From the NCBI GenBank assembly GCA_964460435.1, contig CAYWRH010000003.1, forward strand, positions 13,547-77,546: a DNA stretch of 64,000 bases. Direction: 5' to 3'. The position numbers and the translations under genes are program-made. Position 1 is the first letter of the stretch. Every line of letters starts with the position of its first letter. Source of the DNA: an uncultured Desulfatiglans sp. (GTDB taxonomy: Bacteria; Desulfobacterota; DSM-4660; Desulfatiglandales; HGW-15). The notes beneath the pieces were generated by a model, which was not told the DNA's origin, made no database searches, and worked only from the letters and a program-made list of their open reading frames with translations. Positions 37,530 to 45,490 of the stretch are shown here, piece by piece.

Positions 37530-39461
37530 ATGACTAACTGGCATGATTTTGTTAACAGGGAAGGAACAACCCCCTCCTGGGCTTACCCGGTTGACTATGA
37601 AAAAGAAAATCAGATAGAGACAGATGTCCTGGTTATTGGCGGTGGTATTGCCGGATGCTGGGCAGCGATCAGCGCAGCGAGAAAGGGAGTCAGGGTGGCG
37701 CTTGTGGAGAAGGGTGATACGGTAAGGAGCGGAGCAGGCGGGCCCGGCTGCGACCACTGGGGCCAGTGCCCGGCCAACCCCCATTCAAAGGTCGACCCGG
37801 ATGAATGGGCGAAAATATTAGCTGAACATCCGGGAACAATGGCGGAGATACCTAAGGATATGCCTGAAATTTCCTACGGAAACGGCATAGCAAGCCAGAT
37901 CCAGTGCCGGGAGAGCTATGATACCCTTCTTGAGATGGAGCAGATGGGCGGGCAGATAAGGGATATTCATGACGAGTATGTAGGGGCTGAGGGCAGATAT
38001 GATGATACCAAATTTATGATCTCACCACGCACCAGCCCCAATCATGCCAATGAGATAGTTATACGCATCTGGGGCACCACATTCAAACCTGCCTTAAAAA
38101 AGGAGTGCCAGAGGCTGGGAGTAAAGATCTTTGACCGGGTCATGGTCACAAGCCTCTTGACCGAGAACGGCGAGCAGGGTGCAAGGGTTATAGGCGCAAC
38201 CGGCTTTAATAACCGCACGGGTGAGTTCATGATTTTCAAATCAAAGGCCTCTGTGCTTGCTGCTGCAGGCGATTTCTACATGTGGATGCTTAACACAGAG
38301 CATGCCGGCTGCCGTCAATTTCGTTCCAGAAATGCAACCGGCGATGGCCTTGCCATGGCCTGGAAGGCAGGCGCAGAGCTAGTCTTGATGGAAAAAACCG
38401 TGCCTCTCATGCTGGGCACAGGATACAAGCATAACTGGTATGGCGGCGCAGGAGACGCAAGTTATGAAAATCTTCAGCTTGTAGATGCCAACGGTAAAAA
38501 ACTACCCTGGCCCACACAGGGCTGGGCGGATGGGGGGGCAATGTTCCCGCCTCCTGATGTTATGGCCGCCATCCGAAAGGGTATTAGTAATGGTGAATGG
38601 GCGCTTCCATTTTATGGTGATTTCCCTGCCATGCCTGATATTGAGCGGCGTACAACATGGGATCTCATGCTGGGGCAGGAATCGACGACAAAGATTATTA
38701 CAAGTACCTATGAAAGGGCCGGATTTGATCCGTCCAGACATCTCCTTCAAAACTATGCCTTTATCGAAGGAGAGAATCACTCCCAGTGGCGGACTGCAAG
38801 GGGTGGCGGGCCGATAGTGGACTGGAATCTCAAGACAACCCTGGACGGCCTCTATGCTGCCGGGGAACAGCTCTTTTCATTCGGCGATCACAGCTTTGCA
38901 GCCACGACCGGCAGGTATGCGGGCCGCAAGGCAGCAGATTATGCGAATCAGACTGGCCAGCCCAAAATATGCAGGGAACAGGTCGATCTTGAAAAGGCCC
39001 GTGTCTATGCGCCGGTTAAACGCACTGGCGGCATCGAATGGAAGGAGCTGAACGCAGGTATTGCAAGGACAATGCAGTATTTCTGCAGTGAATACAAGAC
39101 AGAGCTCCTTTTAAACATGGGTCTTGACACGCTTAAGGAGATAGAAGAGGTGTTTGTACCCAGGCTATACGCCCTTGACCCGCATAAACTGATGCGAAGC
39201 ATTGAAGACTTAAGCATGCTTGCCCATGCACAAATGGTGCTGCACGCCTCCCTGGCCCGCAAGGCAAGCAGCAGGGTTCTCAATTTTTACAGGATAGATT
39301 ACCCCGAGATTGACCCGAAGGAATGGTCAAAGTTTATTACAATAAAGCAGGAGAACGGCAAGGTCAAAACAGGCGAGATGCCCTTAAGATACTGGGGTGA
39401 CATGAAGATAAATTACGAGTCATATAACAGGGATTATAAAGGGGTCTATAAAGCCAGATAA
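37530..39461 (+). CDS. FAD flavoprotein of the AprA / fumarate reductase superfamily
   Basis: Dinucleotide fold ETDVLVIGGGIAGCWAAISAARKGVRVALVEKGDTVRSGAGG. Its 643-aa length and the adjacent AprB-like ferredoxin recall adenylylsulfate reductase architecture. Confidence 0.7.
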   Translation: MTNWHDFVNREGTTPSWAYPVDYEKENQIETDVLVIGGGIAGCWAAISAARKGVRVALVEKGDTVRSGAGGPGCDHWGQCPANPHSKVDPDEWAKILAEHPGTMAEIPKDMPEISYGNGIASQIQCRESYDTLLEMEQMGGQIRDIHDEYVGAEGRYDDTKFMISPRTSPNHANEIVIRIWGTTFKPALKKECQRLGVKIFDRVMVTSLLTENGEQGARVIGATGFNNRTGEFMIFKSKASVLAAAGDFYMWMLNTEHAGCRQFRSRNATGDGLAMAWKAGAELVLMEKTVPLMLGTGYKHNWYGGAGDASYENLQLVDANGKKLPWPTQGWADGGAMFPPPDVMAAIRKGISNGEWALPFYGDFPAMPDIERRTTWDLMLGQESTTKIITSTYERAGFDPSRHLLQNYAFIEGENHSQWRTARGGGPIVDWNLKTTLDGLYAAGEQLFSFGDHSFAATTGRYAGRKAADYANQTGQPKICREQVDLEKARVYAPVKRTGGIEWKELNAGIARTMQYFCSEYKTELLLNMGLDTLKEIEEVFVPRLYALDPHKLMRSIEDLSMLAHAQMVLHASLARKASSRVLNFYRIDYPEIDPKEWSKFITIKQENGKVKTGEMPLRYWGDMKINYESYNRDYKGVYKAR

Positions 39462-39471
39462 GGAGATCATC

Positions 39472-39789
39472 ATGACACAGAAAAAACTGAATGCCTTACC
39501 CAATATTATTACACCGAACACACAGGTCATATTCAACCCTGATATATGTATCGGATGCAACCTATGTGTCGAGGTCTGCCAGGTGGATGTATACATGCCC
39601 AATCCTGTGAAAGGGAAACCGCCAATCATCCTTCATCCTGATGAATGCTGGTATTGCGGATGCTGCGTCACGGATTGCCCGTGTCCGGGTGCAATTAATT
39701 TCAACTGGCCCTTGCAGCAGAGAGGTTCATGGAAAGACAAAGTTACAGGCAAGGTGTACAGGGATAATGTGGCGTTTCCAATTCAATGA
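39472..39789 (+). CDS. AprB-like di-cluster [4Fe-4S] ferredoxin
   Basis: CIGCNLCVEVC ... PDECWYCGCCVTDCP. The second motif closely resembles the AprB CWECYSCVKxCP block. Confidence 0.7.
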   Translation: MTQKKLNALPNIITPNTQVIFNPDICIGCNLCVEVCQVDVYMPNPVKGKPPIILHPDECWYCGCCVTDCPCPGAINFNWPLQQRGSWKDKVTGKVYRDNVAFPIQ

Positions 39790-40070
39790 CAGGTGTTGAA
39801 CAGAAGGCCGTCATGCAGAATGCCAGCTCTGCCGCGCCGGTTGATGATGAAACCTGGTTTTATACATTTTCAGGTGGCATGATCGGTTATTTGCCAAAAC
39901 ATTGAATTTGGAGTAACCTTTTATTTATATAGTTAGCTGATAGCTGACCGCTGAAAGCCTCATCCAGAATTTCATTATTTATGGATGGAGACTATATAGC
40001 ATTATTAAACAGGTTATTCCCTGCCAGAGGCAGGGGATTAGGTAACAAATGATAAAAAAAGGAGTGTGAC

Positions 40071-41780
40071 ATGAACAGATTATTATCAGCATTTAATATT
40101 GTGCTTCTGGCTTTCTTGGCTGTCCCGTCTCTATCCATGGCTCAAAGCGCAGGAGATACCGGAACAGAGAAACAAGTTCAATACGAGGCATTGAGCCCCT
40201 GGGCAGATGTGGACCCGATTCCGGTGCGTGGAATCTCTCCCAGACTTGATAGCCTGAAAGGGAAAAAGATCGGGTTATACGTCAACACTAAACGCGCAGC
40301 CATGCCGATCGCAAAATCAGTTGATAAGAGACTGAAGGAGATGTACCCCGATATCCAGACAATAATTTATCAATCTACAGAACCTAATGTGAATGAGATC
40401 GAGACAAAGAACAAGGAAAAATTCACCGAATGGCTAAAGGGCATTGACGCTGCGATTGCCCTGGTGGGTGACTGAGGCTCCTGCACAAAGTACCTCGTCT
40501 ATACAGGAATATCAGTCGAGGACTTTGGCAAGCCGGTCGTGTTACTGGCAAATAATGGCTTTATCAACGACGCCCATTCAGCCGCATCAAGCAAAGGTAT
40601 GCCCGGGATCAGGATTATTGGAGAGACAGTGCCCTGCGAATCTACCGTCATTTCAGATATAGAAAAAGGGGTAGCGGAAGTAATGAAGGAGGTGGTTGAT
40701 GCCCTTGTAAGGCCTCTTACTGCAGATGAGAAATCCCCGAAACAGCAGACAGGCAAAACCCCAAGGGTCGCCTTTAAGGGAACCCTTCAGGAGATAAACC
40801 AGTTCTTTTACCGCAAGGGGTGGGGCGATGGCCTGCCCATTATTCCGCCTACAGAGGAGGCGGTTAAGGAGATGCTTAAAGGGACCGATCTGCCCCCGGA
40901 TCATATTGTGGCAAAAATCATCCCGAGAAAGGGAAAGGCCACTGTCGAGAAGATAGCTATCAATGCTGTGATGGCTGGCGCTCTACCCACCCACATGCCT
41001 GTCCTGATTGCAACAGTGGAGGCCTTTTCCGATCCAAAGGCCAGGTTTGATACATTTGAGGTTAGCACAGGTTCATGGGCCCCATCCCTGACCATAAACG
41101 GCCCTATCAGAAGAGATATACATATCAATTCCGGTTCCGGCTCGCTTAGTCCGGGGAATATTGCCAATTCTGCAATAGGAAGGGCAGTTGGCCTTATTGT
41201 CAAGAATATCGGCGGGGCAAGAAAGGCCGTTGAGGATATGGGAGTAATAGGTAACCCTGGCAAGTACAGTCTTGTGATTGGCGAGGATGAAGAGAATAGC
41301 CCCTGGGAGCCACTCAGTGTTGAGCGCGGCTTTAAAAGGGAAGAGAGCACTGTAACAGTCTTCTTTCCAAACACCTTTATCCAGACAGTACCCGGAGGAA
41401 CAGATGCAAAGGGAATTCTTGATACCCTTGTAACCATGGGCACTACAAGCATGTCGAGCGTCATACTGATTCCCTCATGGGCAAAGGTTTTATCAGGTGA
41501 AGGGTATACAAAGCAGATGGTCAAGGATTACATAGCACAACACAGCAAGCCCGTTGTAATCTCAGGTTTTGAAACCATAACGAATCCCGATAAAATGGAT
41601 ACAGAAAACCTCATGATCCTGGTAGCTGGCGGGCCCGGTTCGTTTATAGGCCTGTTAAAGAGCGTTGGCCCTGGTTTTTTCAACAACGCCCTTGTAACAA
41701 AAAAGATCGTGCTACCAAAGGATTGGAACAAACTGGTTGCAAAATACAGCAATCTTGTGCCGGTTTATGAGAGGTACTGA
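40071..41780 (+). CDS. Candidate selenoprotein (read-through of TGA 40473-40475): signal peptide, GrdB-like U-G-S-C domain, conserved W-G-DGLPIIPPT domain of unknown function
   Basis: Track ORFs 40071..40475 and 40539..41780 are in one frame with only the TGA between them. The fusion (569 aa) is colinear with the 574-aa paralog at 45491..47215. A hairpin lies 18 nt downstream. See findings. Confidence 0.6.
40493..40521 (+). promoter_or_regulatory. SECIS-like hairpin downstream of the in-frame UGA
   Basis: CCUCG(U)CU-AUA / UAU-(C)AG(U)CGAGG with a 6-nt apical loop CAGGAA. The loop starts 29 nt after the UGA. Confidence 0.4.
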
Positions 41781-41799
41781 TGTCAGGAAAGGTTAAATA

Positions 41800-44202
41800 A
41801 TGAAAGAGTATCTCTCCAGGATTGTCAGGGGGAATTTCCCCCTGTGCTTTGAAAAGGCGCGCCTTATTACGGAATCTTTTATAAAGACAGAAGGTGAGCC
41901 AGCCATAATCCGGTATGCAAAGGCCCATGCCAATGTCCTTGAAAATATCAGTGTAATTATTGATAAGGATGAACTCTTTGTTGGTGAAGGGGCGAGCAAA
42001 CCCTGGGGCGCTGAGATTGATCCGTTCCTGGGCATATGGAAAGAGGAGGCAATTAGGGGCGCAGTGGAAGAGGGAATTATCTCGATGGATGATTCAGACT
42101 GGCCCCTTATGCGCGAGCTTGGCAGCTACTGGGCAAAAAGATGTTCCGAGTATGCGCAGTCAAAGCTGCTTGATGAGAGATTTTTCAATTACCTCAGGGT
42201 TGGCATTACATTGCCGCCCATGAAAAACAGGGATGAGTTCAGGGGCGCATATGCTGGCAGCGGCCTCTGCCTCTCATTTAACTTTACCGATTGTTATACA
42301 GACTTTTCGCGATGGATGAAGGGGCTTAACCCCATAATAGGGGAGATAGATGAAGAGCTTAAAAATCTCAGATTTTTATCTCTGGAGGCTGTTAACAAAA
42401 AACAGTTTCTGGTTGCTTCGCTTATTGTGCTGAAGGCAATAGTCCGGTTTGCAGAAAGATATGCTGAAGAGGCTGAAAGACTGGCCGCTATAGAAGCAGA
42501 TGGTGCGTGCAGAAAAAATCTAAAACGTATTGCCACAGCCTGCCGAATTGTTCCGGCCAATCCGCCCGGGAATTTCTATCAGGCCATGCAGTCCTTATGG
42601 TTCAACCAGATCCTGTCTACACCCAGCTCAACACATAATTTCGGCAGGTTTGATCAGTATATGTACCCCTTCTATAAAAAGGATAGGGATGAGGGAAAGA
42701 TCACGGATGAAGAGGTACTGGATCTTTTGTGCGAACTGCGGGTAAAGAGCATGCGGCCTGAAAATATCAAGCTTTCAGCGGCCAAACGTTCACAGCACTC
42801 AGGGTTTGCCAAATGGCGAAATATGACAATCGGCGGCGTAACTTCTGATGGTAAAGATGCGAGTAATGAACTGACATGGCTCGTGCTTGAAGCGGCAAAC
42901 CGTGTGAGAACACCTCACCACACTATTACCATGAGGGTGCATGATAAAACACCCGAAGATCTGATGCTCAAGGCGCTTGAGGTGGTAAAAACCGGTATTG
43001 GAATGCCTGCATTTGCGCTGGATAAATCCTTTATTGATTATATGACTTCAGGCGGAATCCCCCTGAATGAGGCGCGTGACTATCACCTTGCTGGTTGTGT
43101 GGACCCTGCCATTCCTGGCAAACAGAGTTTTCTGGCAGGTCTCTTTTTTGTGGTTCCAAAGGTGCTTGAGATCTTTCTAAATAACGGGATAGACCCACGA
43201 ACAGGGCTCAATATCGGGCCGGACATATCTGATGTTGAAACCTTTAAAACCTTTAGCGATTTCTATGATGGCTTTAAGAAATATCTCAAACATTTTATCG
43301 GCATATGGCATGAACACAGCTTTCTAGTCTCAGGGCGATCCGGGGATGTATATGGATATAACGATATCGTTGAAATGGTTGAAACGCTTCTTATGCAGGA
43401 CGGGGTCAGGATGGGTAAGCCGCTCTCAAACAGGGACGCTGTGCCCCCATACGATTTCAGGGCTGTAATGATACCGGTTGGGGCAATTAACACAGCCGAT
43501 TCGCTTGCAGCCATTAAACAGCTTGTATTCGAAACAAGGCAGATTACCCTTAAAGAGCTGAAACAGGCCCTGAGCGCTAACTGGGAAGGCCATGATGATA
43601 TCAGGAGATTGTGCCTGAAGTCGCCCAAATACGGAAACGACAATGATTATGCAGACTCTATTGCAGCAGACCTCTATAATTTTTTCCTTAAGGAGGAATC
43701 AAATTACCATTCCTTTGGAAGGCCTGTAAACGCAAAGGTGAGGGGAATTGGAGGCGCCTCCATTTCATCCATGTTTGCGGGCGGGTCAATTATCGGGGCC
43801 ACACCTGACGGCAGATATGCCGGAACAACATTATCTGACGGAACAGTATCTCCTGCCCAGGGCATGGACAAAAAGGGTCCCACAGCCATGCTGAGGAGTG
43901 CCGCAAAAATCAACCAGGCAGCATGTTCATCTGCGCTTCTTAACATCAAGCTGCACCCGTCCTTTATTGGAGGCAGAGAAGGGCTTGCAAAACTCGGAAT
44001 GCTTATAAAAACCTATGCCGGTATGGGCGGCAAGTGGGTACAGCTAAATGTAGTTGGAAACGAGGAGTTGCTCGATGCACAGCAGCACCCGGAGAATCAC
44101 AGGGATCTGATTGTAAGGGTTGCAGGATACAGCGCCTATTTTACTGATCTTGGCAAAGGGGTGCAGGATGATATCATCCGGCGTATGGAAGTGGCCATTT
44201 GA
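41800..44202 (+). CDS. Glycyl radical enzyme (PFL2 / glycerol-dehydratase-like family)
   Basis: 800 aa. Cys loop HLAGCVDPAIPG (Cys codon 43096-43098). C-terminal glycyl radical motif RVAGYSAYF (Gly codon 44125-44127). Confidence 0.9.
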   Translation: MKEYLSRIVRGNFPLCFEKARLITESFIKTEGEPAIIRYAKAHANVLENISVIIDKDELFVGEGASKPWGAEIDPFLGIWKEEAIRGAVEEGIISMDDSDWPLMRELGSYWAKRCSEYAQSKLLDERFFNYLRVGITLPPMKNRDEFRGAYAGSGLCLSFNFTDCYTDFSRWMKGLNPIIGEIDEELKNLRFLSLEAVNKKQFLVASLIVLKAIVRFAERYAEEAERLAAIEADGACRKNLKRIATACRIVPANPPGNFYQAMQSLWFNQILSTPSSTHNFGRFDQYMYPFYKKDRDEGKITDEEVLDLLCELRVKSMRPENIKLSAAKRSQHSGFAKWRNMTIGGVTSDGKDASNELTWLVLEAANRVRTPHHTITMRVHDKTPEDLMLKALEVVKTGIGMPAFALDKSFIDYMTSGGIPLNEARDYHLAGCVDPAIPGKQSFLAGLFFVVPKVLEIFLNNGIDPRTGLNIGPDISDVETFKTFSDFYDGFKKYLKHFIGIWHEHSFLVSGRSGDVYGYNDIVEMVETLLMQDGVRMGKPLSNRDAVPPYDFRAVMIPVGAINTADSLAAIKQLVFETRQITLKELKQALSANWEGHDDIRRLCLKSPKYGNDNDYADSIAADLYNFFLKEESNYHSFGRPVNAKVRGIGGASISSMFAGGSIIGATPDGRYAGTTLSDGTVSPAQGMDKKGPTAMLRSAAKINQAACSSALLNIKLHPSFIGGREGLAKLGMLIKTYAGMGGKWVQLNVVGNEELLDAQQHPENHRDLIVRVAGYSAYFTDLGKGVQDDIIRRMEVAI

Positions 44203-44263
44203 CCTGTTATCTATTCCTGTCTCGATATAGACTGAAAATTTTATTATGAAAGGAGAGATCAAA

Positions 44264-44371
44264 ATGAGACAAAAAATTGTATCTGTTCTGATATTTTTCC
44301 TTTCTGTCAGTGTAACCTGTTTCACCCGAAAAGGCCAGGCTTCAATCAGTTCAAACAACATATACAATTAA
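44264..44371 (+). CDS. Possible 35-codon ORF (MRQKIVSVLIFFLSVSVTCFTRKGQASISSNNIYN)
   Basis: Too short for the track. Strong RBS AAAGGAGAG lies 5 nt upstream. The core is hydrophobic and signal-like. Its stop overlaps the RBS of the next gene. Confidence 0.25.
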   Translation: MRQKIVSVLIFFLSVSVTCFTRKGQASISSNNIYN

Positions 44372-44384
44372 AGGAGAAAATCAC

Positions 44385-45314
44385 ATGAAAAACATTTTCA
44401 TCAATATCTTTGTATTTGTATCTTTTTCACTTTTCTGCTCTTTTTCTATGTGCAGTGATGCATCTGCCTCAACCGGCAAAATGGACTCAGCCCTTCTGAT
44501 AAAGGTGATGGATCACTATCTTGGCCAGCTTGTAAAAAACAATCCTGAAGCTCTTTTGGTCGCAAAGGATCTCAAGGTCACAGAGAACGGTTACCCCATT
44601 AAGCTTGGCAAAGGGCTCTTTCAGACGGCAAAGGAGATAACCTACAGACAATATATGACAGACCCCTCAACGAATCAGGTTATGGTATTTGGCGTGGTAA
44701 AGGAATCTATGCTCCTTGCAAATTTCATGGTTCGATTAAAGGTTGTTAAAGACAAGATCACAGAGATTGAGACAATTGTTTCAAGAAAAGATGAGGCATC
44801 ATTTGCCAGCCCTGAAGCGCTTAAAGAGCCAAGACCCATATACGCAAAGGTGCTTTCCGAATCGGAGCGTTCTTCACGCGATAAACTTATAAAAATTGCG
44901 AACAGCTATTTTGACGGCATAGAACAAAACACAGGCGGGATAGTGCCATTCCACAAGGATTGCAACCGTTTTGAAAATGGCACCCAGACCACCAATAACC
45001 CGGCCACGATTGCGACTGGATGTAAAGAACAGTTTGATAACAAGGTATACGCCTATATCACTGAGGTCAGAGACCGGCGCTTTCTGATGGCTGATGAGGA
45101 AAAGGGGCTGGTATTTGGCATATTCATTTTTGATATGCCCGGCAAAAGGGAAGACTTTAAATATTTTCCAACACCCTTTGATGAACTTCCAGCCAGATTC
45201 TACAAGCCAAGGTCCCTGATACTTGCTGAGATGTTCAAGATTGTCGATGGACAAATCCTCTCTATTGAAGCAGTAATGGTTAATGCACCCTTCGGGGCTG
45301 TATCAGGCTGGTAA
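44385..45314 (+). CDS. Secreted hypothetical protein
   Basis: RBS AAAGGAGAA. Signal peptide FVFVSFSLFCSFSMCSDASA. No family motif recognised. Confidence 0.6.
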   Translation: MKNIFINIFVFVSFSLFCSFSMCSDASASTGKMDSALLIKVMDHYLGQLVKNNPEALLVAKDLKVTENGYPIKLGKGLFQTAKEITYRQYMTDPSTNQVMVFGVVKESMLLANFMVRLKVVKDKITEIETIVSRKDEASFASPEALKEPRPIYAKVLSESERSSRDKLIKIANSYFDGIEQNTGGIVPFHKDCNRFENGTQTTNNPATIATGCKEQFDNKVYAYITEVRDRRFLMADEEKGLVFGIFIFDMPGKREDFKYFPTPFDELPARFYKPRSLILAEMFKIVDGQILSIEAVMVNAPFGAVSGW

Positions 45315-45490
45315 TGTAAGAATGCAACAAGAGTGTCTGGAAAATGTTCCGTAGCGCTAATTGCTTAATATGCAGATTCGAGTTGAGTATATTTTATGCC
45401 TTGCAGTATACACTCCATGACTGTCTGTAATGGCGACAATGCCTCTAAAGTTAGCCCCATGAGGTCTGAAAACCGGAAGGAGATGAGGAT

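Noticed and set aside
39787-39906. Possible read-through of the TGA that ends the AprB-like ferredoxin, which is shorter than typical AprB.
   Set aside because: The downstream frame reads QVLNRRPSCRMPALPRRLMMKPGFIHFQVA then a stop. It is not protein-like and has no Cys/Sec context.
40539-41780. An independent GTG-initiated gene for the C-terminal 413 aa, with 40071..40475 as a separate 134-aa gene.
   Set aside because: There is no good RBS before the GTG. The 63 nt between the ORFs are open in the same frame, and they align to the paralog. I kept this as the alternative hypothesis in the selenoprotein finding.
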